Below are positions 17,976 to 30,200 of a stretch of DNA of 64,000 bases, piece by piece; position 1 is the first letter of the stretch, and every line of letters starts with the position of its first letter. This DNA is from Heteronotia binoei (Eukaryota): NCBI RefSeq assembly GCF_032191835.1, contig NC_083240.1, positions 25,358,001-25,422,000 of the forward strand. The letters are read 5' to 3'. The notes below the pieces were generated by a model, which worked only from the letters and a program-made list of their open reading frames with translations, had not been told where the DNA came from and did not search any database. Position numbers and translations under genes: made by a program.

Positions 17976-18964
17976 TTAAAACACCCTGTAATAAACAGCA
18001 GAAGTATTTACAAACATGAATCTTAGTGTACATAACCTCTTTTTGTAAAAAAAACACCAACAAAAAATCCCCAAAGCCAGCTACGCGCATCTTGAAACCT
18101 ACAGGACCAAATGCAGCCCTGTTACAATAAGGTGGTTCGGCTAACTTGCTTCATTGGGACTTAGTCAATGCTGACCTTGGCTGGATTGGGACCACAATAT
18201 ATAGCACTATTTCCATTTCGTGAGAAAACTTCAAATTAGCAAGAATGTTCTTACTGGAAAATACACACATAAATACACAATGTTTTGTGATTTGCGCGTG
18301 CACATAAACACACCCAGTAGGTATATATCACATAACAGCAGGCCTTGAATTCAACAGGAGCTCACAGGAGCACAGCTCCTGAACCTTTGAGGGTTCCCCC
18401 TCCTCCCCATCTACCTTGTCCATTGAACAGTAGGTGCAGCTGCATAACAATCCCTGGATTAGGAGAGCAGGCAGCCACCAGCCAGCCAGCCACACCCCCA
18501 GCAGCCCTCATTAACCCCTGGAGAAGCCCACGCTACCCTTTCTCATGTGATTTTGGGTGGCAGGTGGCTTGCTGGCCTTTTGAGTGGGGGAGGGCAAGGA
18601 GAGCCCCAGGTGAGCGAGGCCTGCTTGGGCTGGATGGATTTCTAAACAGCACAAGCAGGCCTCGCCCAGGGCTCTCCTTTCTTGCATCGGGTTGCTTTTG
18701 GCTGGTGTGGGGGTGGCATATGCTAATGAGTTAAGCTAATGAGCTCCACCACCTATTTTCCTACAAAATGACCCCTGCATAACAACACTGTTCAAACTGG
18801 GTCTGATCAGAGGAGCTGTTCCAGGGCCATTACTCCTGCTCTGTTTTAGCATTTGGCGATGCCTCTTATGGAAATGACAGCAGCTTGGGCAAAAGAAACC
18901 TTTCCGTTTGGTCACATAACAGTTGTTTGTGCCAAGTCTAGCCTCTTAAGAAGCCGCCAGGTCT

Positions 18965-19000
18965 TCAAATGTAGATCACGTCTGTTTTATGCTGCTGAAC
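18965..19000 (-). CDS. NF2L: NF2-like terminal coding exon ([11 protein letters not shown])
   Basis: ttgttttctacacag acceptor, phase 0, 11 aa then TGA. Same length and hydrophobic ending as the NF2 isoform-2 tail PQAQGRRPICI. Confidence 0.72.
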   Translation of the reverse strand, partial: VQQHKTDVIYI

Positions 19001-22000
19001 CTGTGTAGAAAACAATCACAATCTGAGGGGAAAGGAAGTTATTTCTACCTTTGAAAGGTAGAACACCTGGTTTGGGAACTGAGACAATACAAACATTTTC
19101 CAAATTCACAGGTAAACTAGAGATGCACAGTTTCTGGAAATTTTTAAGTCACAGGAATTTACTGGATTTTACAACATAACTGGATCTTGGAGGTTTTTTG
19201 CCATCTTCCAGGCACTGGAGTGTGGGAGGTAGTTGTGAATTTCCTGCATTGTGCAGGAGGTTGGACTAGATGACCCTAGAAGTACCTTCCAACTATAATT
19301 CTTGAATTATAGTAAATAACAAAACATTATAATAACTCAAAAATGGAAAATATTATGCCAAAATATTATAAATACTACTTAATAAACTGCATAATTTATA
19401 AATTAACTGGCATATAAAATTATACTATTAGGTGTATTTATAGAATTTAAAGTAGACAACTTTATTTTGTACTAGAAAAACTGCAACTGTTCCCAGTATT
19501 TGAGAAAGAGCTGCAAACTGCTGCATCCTATGCTATTACAGCGCTTGTATCTTAATTTTCACCATTGTTAGAGGTACAGAAAAATAAAAACACATTCTAA
19601 TCTGTAGTAAACATGTGTATCATTTGGACAGAAATATTCTCATGCAGTCACAATAGGCAGGGCTGCCAGCATTTAGATATTAAGTTGAACTATAGGACTG
19701 AAAACACAACTCTTTAATAATGTATTAACATTAAAAGCATTATCACAATTTAATTGAAGCCAATATTGTATTTAAACAAATTCAAGCACCAGTAGTTTTC
19801 AACTCTGGAGTGACGCTGCTTTCACAACGTTTTCACGACAGACCTTTTTACGGGGTGGTTTGCCATTGCCTTCCCTGGTCATTACACTTTCCCCCAGCAA
19901 GCTGGGTACTCATTTTACCGACCTCAAAAGGATGGAAGGCTGAGTCAACCTGGAGCTGGCTACCTGAATCAGTTTCCACTGGAATCGAACTCAGGTCATG
20001 AGCAGAGGGTTCTGACTACAATACTGGAGCTTTACTGCTCTGCACCACGGGGCTCAGAGTGGCCTACAGTATACGTACATATCATGGGCCTACAGTATAC
20101 TTAGGAGTAAAATGTTATTCATTCCAAAAGGGCAAAAAGGAGGGATTTTAGTCCTTCCTCAAATTTTGCCATTTTCCCTTGGCTTTCACATCTCCAAAGC
20201 AAACTTAAGAATTGGGGACAGGTTATATAGTTCTGGCCTTACCAACTCAAAAGATAACATCTGGAAATTTGGGAAGTAGAATGCTGGAGTCAAGGGGCCT
20301 CAATCTGGCCATCAGATAATTCTTGTGAAAAAAAATAAAAGGTTACTGGGGTGAGGGCTTACAGGGCTCTTCTCACCTCCAACGTCCTAATCCAGACTTT
20401 TAAAATTGGTGTTTGGGGGGGGGGGGCAGAGAAATAGAGGATAAATGTTATTTGGGCTGAGGCTTGATCCCCTAGCCTGGAACACTGACTGGTGAACGTC
20501 TTTTTGAATTGGAATTTTTAAAAAGCTAGTTACCTTAATTTGCTTTCTGGTTCCTGTCCCCACGTTTTCGGCAACAAACGGATCTGTCTGAAGGGAAGGT
20601 TTTTCTATTGGCGTTCCAAGTAAGGTGTTGTCATCTACATTTAACGGATGCATCAAGAAAGGCCGCTGAAGACTGTCTAGAAGGTCTGCCTCAAAGGCTT
20701 CGATCCACAAAGGGGTCTTGAAAGAACACATCAACCAGAAGTTAGCTTTGTGCCAACTCAAAGTGCATCCACATTACAAACCTGAACTGGTATGAAGCCA
20801 CTTTAACTGTCATGGCTCCATTTCCCCCCTCCCCAAAAGAGTCCTGGGGAGGCAGTAAGAGGTCTTCATATGATCAGAAAATCATTGCTACCCTTGGCTC
20901 CAGGGGAGTCCTGGAGGCATCTGACCGGCCACTATTGAAAGCACATACTCAATTAGATGGGCCCTTGGTCTGATCCAGTACTGACTGCCTTTATGCATTA
21001 TTGATTGCCTTTATACTTATAAAAAATAAGTTAGCTTGACTGCATTTCAACCTTGTACATTTTCCGGGAAGACCGGTCCAAGGACCCAAGCAATTCATTC
21101 CAGCGTGAGAGAAGCCCAGCCTGTTTCTCTTCAAGTTTTAGAGCATGGATTTCTGACTTGAGCTCTTTTAGCCGATCTTCAAACTTCCGGCTCTTATCAA
21201 GGTAATCTAACCTGTTGGGCACAGAAAAGAAACTTAAGGAATGAATGAATATAAATATCAGGATCAAGTATACCCTATACATCATCAGGTATGCTGCACA
21301 CATTTTTATTTTTTTTATTATTTATTAATAATTAAAATATTGTTTTAACTATGGTTAGTTTCTGAAACTGGGGTTCATCTTTCTCTCAGTAGCCTCAGAG
21401 GGAAACACCACAGAGCGAGTCAGAATGTCTGAATTTATACAAAACATGAAACAGATTCATAACTCAATTTCATATCGTTGTCTGTTGGACTGAACTAATC
21501 ACAACTAGTGGTGTGGCCCACATTCAGGCAATCACACTAATCTTGGCTACTTCAACCATGGTTTTATGTGCTGTTTGAGCTGAGCCACCTCTAGGACAAA
21601 CACTCCCAAGGCAACTGTTAGTGTATCTTGTGTCGATTATACAATAAACTTTCTGGTGAGCTCATTACCACCCCAACAGTGGAGGCTGCCCATTGCATCT
21701 CTGCATGATCTTCTGCCTCCTTCATACCAGCTTCCTCTGGGGCAGGTAATTCTTTTGTAATTTTTGCATTAAAAGGGATTTATGCATTCAATCACTCGCT
21801 CTTCTTGGCACATGGTTTCCAGGACTTCCTTTTTTTCCTCCACTGCATGGTTTTGAGCTCCTCCCTCTTCTGCTACTAGATGACACTCCTACCTCTCCCT
21901 TTCAATCTCCAAGGAGAGCCTCTTCAAGTCAATATCTCTTAAATCCGACTTCACACCTCCTTTGTCAGCACTGGCATCTCTGGTGTCAGCCAAGGAGGAC

Positions 22001-24208
22001 GGGGAGCACTTAGTGGCATGCAGAGAAAGGCAGAAAGAAAGGGGCATTGTTATTTGTTTATGACTTTTACATACTGCTTTTTGGTTAAGGTGGGGAGCGG
22101 AGAGCTCTTCCAGAATTGTTCACAATAAAGAATTAAAATCAATATTGAAACAAAAACAACAATAAATTGCCACATAAAAAGCAAGCCCAAAGCTTGATAG
22201 TTTACCTGGAATCCAAGCCTCCAAAGGCCAGGCTAAATTTTAAAAATGCTATTGCAACACAGCAAGCACACACCTTGGGGAAGTACATGCCAAAGATCCA
22301 GGGATCACAAGAAATGCCTACTGGACCAGATCAAAAGCTCTACCTAGTCCAACATCTGTGTTGTCCACAGAGGCTGGCCGGACACCTTCAGGAATCCCAG
22401 AAACAAGATATGAATGTGACAGCCTTCCCCTCTGCCACTATTACTAGTACGGTTACTAACATCTAGCATGGACAGGTATATTGCCTCTAAACATGGAGGG
22501 TCCATTTAAACTCTATGGCTTGTAATCGTTGATAGATCTTCTATAGATAGGCATTTTGGTGTCTCAAGCACTGAGGTAGAGACATTGCATCTCAGCGTCA
22601 AGCAGAAACACTGCAAGAGTTCCCAAGGTTTCAGGTCGTTTCCTGGAATCTTTACTGTCCTTGCAGTTGTGACCTCCCACAAATATCAGATAGCTTACAC
22701 CAGCATAGGAGCTACTACCTGAAATTGGTTTAATCATCCTTCCTCCAACATATCCTCAAAACTTGGATTATTTTAGCAGAGACTGATTGATTTAGCACAC
22801 CTCCAAAAAAGAACTCAAAGGCAGTTTACATTTTCCACTTAAAACCATGAATCCACATGAAGCTATCTCATAGTGAATCAGACCTTTGGCCCATCAAGGA
22901 CAGTATTGTCTACTCAGATTGGCAGCAGCTCTCCAGGGTCTCAGACTGAGGTCTTTCACATCACCTGTTGCCTTGTGCTGTTAACTGGAGATGTCAGAGA
23001 CTGAACCAGGGACTTACATGTAAAGCAGGGCTCTTCTACTGAGCCATAACACCTCCCCTAATAAAATAAAAGAACCACATGATATTTTTGTCCACTATCA
23101 CACACCCAGACTGCATTGGATATATTTAGATCCTTCCCTGAATGGCATTATTAGTTATTATTTTATCACAATAGACTAATGTGGCTATCCCAGTGGAATG
23201 TATTTCTCAGGGTTTTAAAGCCAAGGAACCTTGACAGTTAAGCAAACTTTAAAGCTGGTTTACTTTTTGAAGAAGGAAAATTGAAGAATTGCAGATTTAT
23301 ACCCCACCCTTCTCTCTGAATCAGAGACTCAGAGCAGCTTACAATCTCCTATATCTTCTCCCCCCACAACAGACACCCTGTGAGGTGGGGGGCTGAGAGG
23401 GCTCTCACTGCAGCTGCCCTTTCAAGGACAACCCCTGCGATAGCTATGGCTAACCCAAGGCCATTCCAGCAGCTGCAAGTGGAGAAGTGCGGAATCAAAC
23501 CCGGTTCTCCCAGATAAGAGTCCACACACTTAACCACCACACCAAACTGGCTCTCTTTTCTAGTACAGATGTGCTGCAGACTTACTGGAAGATGATTAAC
23601 CTTGTTGACATCTAGAAGTTTCTGCTTGACCTTTTCTTCAGCTTCCCTGGCTTCCTGCAGGTCTTGTTTCAAATGCTCGGTTTCTTTGGCCCTGCCAAAC
23701 CAAACCACTGCCATGAACATACAGGCCCTTGACTACAAATACACAACCATTTCTTAAACCAGAGGGCTGAACTTGTGACCAATGACTCCGAGGCCAGAGG
23801 CAAATATGATTCAGTACAGAACCAAATGTATTGCTTAAAAAAATAAAATGAGATCTAAGGGTAGGTGGAATACTAGAATCATTGATATGCCAAGGAAATG
23901 GCAGGCAAATGTTTTCATGGGACTAGTGGGCTTCTTGGAGATACTTAGCAAAATGGAAGCAAAAGAGGTGAATAGCTGCCAGTTATGCAAGTGCAAACCA
24001 TGCACAGATGCATACCAGTGCACTAAAACAATCATGCAGGGTGCTCCTGGATATGTTTATTACTCATTGTGAGGCCTGCTTCCTAACAGAGAACTATAAA
24101 AACATTATAGGTTATTTATCAATATGTCAATTATCAGTAACATTAAGTGGTTTTGCTCTGAATTTTGATGTAATTTGACCATTTAATTAGAAAAGGTGGC
24201 TGGCCTAT

Positions 24209-24299
<91 letters not shown>

Positions 24300-27200
24300 T
24301 TATTCTTATATCCCGCCCTCCCCCGCCAAGGCAGGCTCAGGGCAGCTCACAGAACATGGTATACCATGATTACAATAAAATACAATCATTACTATAAAAG
24401 GCAGTTAAAATATAATTACATTACATTCATCAGTTAAGTTAAATACACATTAAAATATTATAAATTATAGATTAAAGTGCTACAGTTCGATATATGCATA
24501 GGATGGCTTGTCTATGTTGTAGACAATCCAGCCAAAATTGCCATAAGTCTTACTATGGATGGGACCAATCTGCTGATAAATTAAAGTTCATCATGAATTT
24601 TGAGCAGTTAGTGGATCACAAAACGATGTTTGCGAACTGAAAAGCCACCATGACCTTCCACAAATTTTGATGCAGTTTTTGGCAGTGCGTGGAGACCAGA
24701 AAAGAGGCGTTTAAAAGACTCCCAAGACATTTAAACCCCTGCTCTTTATGAAAAACAGCTGAAAAACAGCCATGAACCAAACCACAAAAATGGAGTTTGT
24801 GCCCATCCCTAAATCTTGCCTCAGTTATTTAGTATAAACTACTGTAGGGGTGGGAAGGTGAAGGTGCAGTGAAAAAACAAATGCAGAGCTCTTTCACATG
24901 CACATGCTAGGAAAGGAAAGGTCCCCTGTGCAAGCACCAGTCATTTCCGACTCTGGGGTGATGTTGCTTTCACAACATTTTCATGGCAGACTTTTACGGG
25001 GTGGTTTGTCATTGCCTTCCCCAGTCTTTTACACTTTCCCCCCAGCAAGCTGGGTACTCATTTTACTGACCATGGAAGGATGGAAGGCTGAGTCAATCTT
25101 GGGCTGGCTACCTTAATCCAGCTTCTGCCGGAATCGAACTCAGGTTGTGAGCAGAGAGTTCAGACCCCAATTATATTCTCAGTCATTAACTGTGAAAACA
25201 GTTTAACTGGCAAAGTTTTCATCTTGTAAAAAGAAATCTGTGACTGTACCTTTTCCCTTTTCATTGTTTGGGAATTATTTTAATCTGCCAGCACCCAACT
25301 GGCACACAATCTGCCCCCACAGAGCTTTGTCAGTGCTCAAAGTGCCCAGTGCGATGACATCACCCAGAAGTGATATCATCGCACCGGGACACTCTAGCAT
25401 TTGGGTACAAAACTCTATGGCACCACAGAGTTTTTTACCCAGTACTAGAGCATCCCCACACAATGTGCCCTGCTTGATGACCTCACTTCCGGGAGACATC
25501 TTTGCATGTGTGAGAGGAATCCCCCTTGCCAGCTGCCAGTAAGATCTGGCAACCCTAGACCTCTGCAGTCTGAAAGTAAGCTGTAATTCCATGAGACCCC
25601 CAGGTCTCCCCAGAGGCTGGCATCCCTACCTGCGGTCCGACTCTTTCACCAGCTGCATGGCAATGAGCTCTGCCTCCCGCATCTTGTGCTCCATCAGGCG
25701 CTTCTCCTCCTTGGTCTTCCGGGCTGCCAGCTCCAGCCTTTGGCGTTCCTGCTCAGCCTCGGCAGCATTCTGAGCCAGCAGCTTCGCCTCGTCCTCCGCA
25801 ATTTGGGCCTTCTCAGCCAACAGCTCTGCAGCTGCCTCTGAACGGCGCTGAAGAGGGATTAAAATGGGACAGTCTAAACCAATCTTGAGATTTTCTTTTT
25901 TTAAAAAAATGCTTTCAACATCTATGGTATTTGGGAATTGTTACTTAAAAAAAATGATTTTAACTTTTCAGAATTTGACCTCAAGGCAGGAATGACAGCT
26001 TCCAGTTTGGGAAATTAGTGAAGATTTGGGGTGGAGTGTGGGGAGAGGATGGACCTCAGTGATGTATAAATGTCAGAGTCCACCCTCCAAAATTGCCATT
26101 TCCTTCAAGGGAACTAGTCTTTGTAATCTAGAGATCCGGGAGATTGCCAGGCCCCAACCTGGAAACAAGCAACACTACACCTGGAAACAAGGCTGAAGAA
26201 TAGCATAGATGGCAACCAGCTAACTGAACAGCTCATCTCCAGTCAGCAAATGCACTCTGGCTTCCAGTTATCGCAGGCTCCAACCAACTCAGAGCACCTC
26301 CAAGGCCGAGTCACCATGGCAACCCCTGCTGCCCAGCTTCAGTAAGGCTCACCAGGGCCTCGTTGGCTTGCCTGGCTTCATCTTCCACCTCAAACAGGCG
26401 CCTTTCCAGCTCTTCCTTGGCTCGCTCAGCCTCTTCACGCAGCTGCTTCTCCCTCGCAAGCCGCTGGTGCTCCATCTGCAAAATTGTAACATTCAATAGT
26501 CAGGCATAGCCAGGAGCCGCATCCCAGTTTAAGAAAGATGCTCTTGTGAGTGTAACATTTTGTAGGTAAGCTTTTGCTTTCCCAGCATCATGTTTACAAC
26601 AATCCTTGGCTAAGGGACTAGTCTGCTGGAATCTGCTATTTACAAGGAACAATCAAGTCTTCATTATCATCCACCTCAGTCTCTACAGCAACCAACCTCC
26701 AAGTAGGTCCTGGAGATCATGTGGAATTAGGGATGCCAGCCTCCAGGTGAGACCTGAGGGTCCCCTGGAATTACAGCTCATTTCCAGATTACAGAGATCA
26801 GTTCCCCAGGAGAAAATGGATGCTTTGAAGGGTGGACTCTAGGGCATTGTACATTACTGAGGCCCCTGTTCTCAGACTCCACCCCCAAATCTCTAGGAGT
26901 TCCCCTATCTGGAGCTAGCAACCCTACATCTCAGCCAGCAGCCCAGGACCTGGCAACCCTACCTGGAATTACAACTGATCTCTGCAAAAGCTCAGCTACC
27001 CTGGAGAAAATGGCTGCTTTGGAGAGTGGACTCTAAGGCATTATAGCCCACTAAGATCCCTCCCCTTCCCAGACCCCACCCCCAAACATCCAAGAATGTT
27101 GCAGCTCCGAGCTGGCAACCCTAGCCTCCCAACCCTGCAAGCTGATCAAGAGCTCTGTGACTGGGAAAGCATTTTCAGCAGCTGTGGAGCCAACTTTTCT

Positions 27201-30200
27201 CCCAGAGTCACCTTCTTTCTCGCCTTCTCTTCCCTGGCTTGAGCTTTCATTTGCTGGATCTCAATGGGGTCTACTCTCCTCCTCCTCATGAACAAGTCGT
27301 GGTTTCCAATGAAAAGCTGCATGATCTGCAGGAAGAAAACAGGAGTGTTTTTGTTGGGCCGCAGCAAAGGTCCAAGGTTGGGCTTCCAGCAGACGTCACA
27401 CAGATGTTTCTGGGAAGCCTACAAGCAGGGCCCAAAGTACATGGACATTCAATTTCTCCAGTGACCCCTATTGTCTTGCAGACAGTTAAAGATGCTGGGG
27501 ATGCCCTAACAAAGCCCTGAAGTACTAGGGTCAGCCTATCCAAAAGAACACTACAACCCCTATATTTCATCAAGGCGTGTGTTTTGTTTAATTTATTTAT
27601 GATTTATATCCCGCCCTTCCCACCAAGGTGGCTCAGGGCGGCTCACAACACATGAAATCCAACATAACAATATTCAGTTTAGGCATTTACACAATTAAAA
27701 ACATTTAAAATATAAAAACATTAAAACAACAATTAAAACAACACAGAAGTCTAATAGAGCTACATTTAGTTTCCTATGCCGGTTAGTTATAGGCCAGCCG
27801 GAAGAGGGTTGTCTTACAGGCCCTGCGGAACTGAGCAAGGTCCCTCAGGGCCCTCACCTCTTCCGGCAGCTGGTTCCACCAGGAAGGGGCCATTACAGAG
27901 AAAGCTCTATCCCTGGTAGATTGCAGGCGGGCTTCCTTTGGCCCGGGGATAACGAGAAGATTTTGGGTTCCCGATCTCAGCACTCTCTGGGGAACATGTG
28001 GGGAGAGACGGTCCTTCAGGTAGGCAGGTCCTAGGCCATATAGGGCTTTAAAGGTGATGACCAGCACCTTGTACCGGAAGGGTTAAGTCACTTCTGACTT
28101 ATGGCAATCCCATAAATTAATGACCTCCAAAACATTCTATCGTTAACAACCTTGCTCAGTGATTGCAAACTGGGGACCATGACTTCCTTTATTGAGACAA
28201 TCCCTCTCATGCTGGGTCTTCCTCTTTGCCTGCTGCCTTCAACTTTTCCTAGCACGATTGTCTTTTCATCAGACATGCAGAGAGGCATCTTGGTGGCTGC
28301 CTCTCTGCCCTGGAATTCCCTCCCCCTGAAGACTCGCCAAAGTCTCTGCAAAGATTGCTTTGTTCAAATTGGCTTTCAGGTGTCCAGGGGGAAGAAGATA
28401 AGACTGGGGTGATTTGGAATATCAGGGAGTTATGGAATTACACAAGCTGCTCCAAGTCCTTGGGATGCAATGGGCTATAAATTAAATCAAGTGAAATACA
28501 ATTTCAAAAAAGAATTAACTTTAACCAGAGGTCTGCTGCCTCTCTACCTGAAAGTTCCGTTCACAGTTATAATGTCACTCAGAAGAAGAAAAACTCCTAT
28601 AACTTATCCCTTTCAAGGTGAGGACACAATTATTCATATTTTGCTGACAGGTGGACAAAGGCTGAGAGGTAAATGACTTGCCCCTGATCACACTGTAGCC
28701 TCCTGGATCAGGTCCAAGCAGAGCACTGCACCAACAGATCACTTGCCCCTTCATTCCAGTGTGTTACTTTATCCTTCAATGGCCCACCAGGAACTTGGCT
28801 TTTTTATACCACTCCCTCCCAGTGTGACAGAAAGATGCCCGCAGGGCGGCAGCTGACAGAAAACCCTCACCAGTTTATTGACTTTGGGCTGTGAGGAGAA
28901 GAACTTGAAGACTTCGGCTTTCTTGTCAATAGGCTTAATTGTTAACTGGAGAGGAAGAGAGAGAAAAGAGGGCGTAGTCCATCTCATGATGAAACAAGTC
29001 ACAAGGACAAATAGGCAAACATACCTCAAGACATACTGGTGCCAGGGAAGGGAAAAGATCCAACCAGAAATGACAATCCCCTCCCAAGATATAATACCCA
29101 CCTAGTCCCAGTTCCATCTGAGACACTCTCTCCTTTTGGCTTCCGAGTACCAACAATGAGCCACCAGACAGAAGGCAGAAAGCAGACAGGTGCATCCTCA
29201 TCAGGCCTGGATCAGCCAAGAGGCCCTCTGCTCCCCAGCTTCCAACTACTACCAATGGGTCCCTCAGAGCAAGCAGCTGGGCCCTTTCTTTGCCATGACT
29301 GGATCCCAGTCCAATTAGGGCTGCCAATTCCCAGTTAGGAACAGGGGATCCCCCAGTCTGGAGGCCCTCCCCTTGCTTCAGAGTTATCAGAAAGCGGGGA
29401 GGGGAGAGGGAAATGTCTACTGGGCACTCCATATGGAGACTGGTTCCAATAGGGTATAAATGGGTATCTGTGCTCTAGGGGGGGCTGTTTTTTGAGGTAG
29501 AGGCACCAGATTTTCAGTATAGCATCTGATGCCTCCCCTCAAAATATTCACGAAAGTTTGGACCGGGGGTTCAATTCTATGAGCTCAACAAAAGATGACC
29601 CTATCCTCCATTATTTCCAAATGTAGGGAAGGCATTTAAAAGGAACTTGGTCCCTTTAAATGTGATGGAATCGTGCTTGTCACAACCTTGCTCCTGGTTC
29701 CACCTTCAAAGTCCCCAGATATTTTTTGAATTGGACCTGGCAACCCTAAGTCCAATTGAGGAAGTCCTCCTTCGAGCTAACTGATCTGGTTCCTTTCATG
29801 AATACATGAGGCTGCCCTGTACCATCAGACCCTTGGTTTGTCACGGTCAGTGTTGCGTCCTCCGACAGCCAGTGGCCCTCCAGGGCCCCATAGGTCAAGG
29901 TCTTTTGCATCACCTGCTACCTGATCGTTTTAACTGGAGATGTTGGGGATTGAACCTGGAACCTTCTGTACACCCAGCAGATGCTCTATCAGTGGAAGAC
30001 TTTGTATGAAGAGCCCTTTTACATTTTAGAGTAGTTTTATGGTTTTATTTCCCTGCATAAACTAACTTGAGAACTATGACTCTAGAGCACATAATTATAG
30101 CAAACAAATAAAACATGGTCCATGGTCCACAGAGAAGTTCTCCTTCCCGAGAACCTTTTGAAATGGACAAATGATGCCCCAGAGCAGAAGCATCTACAAG

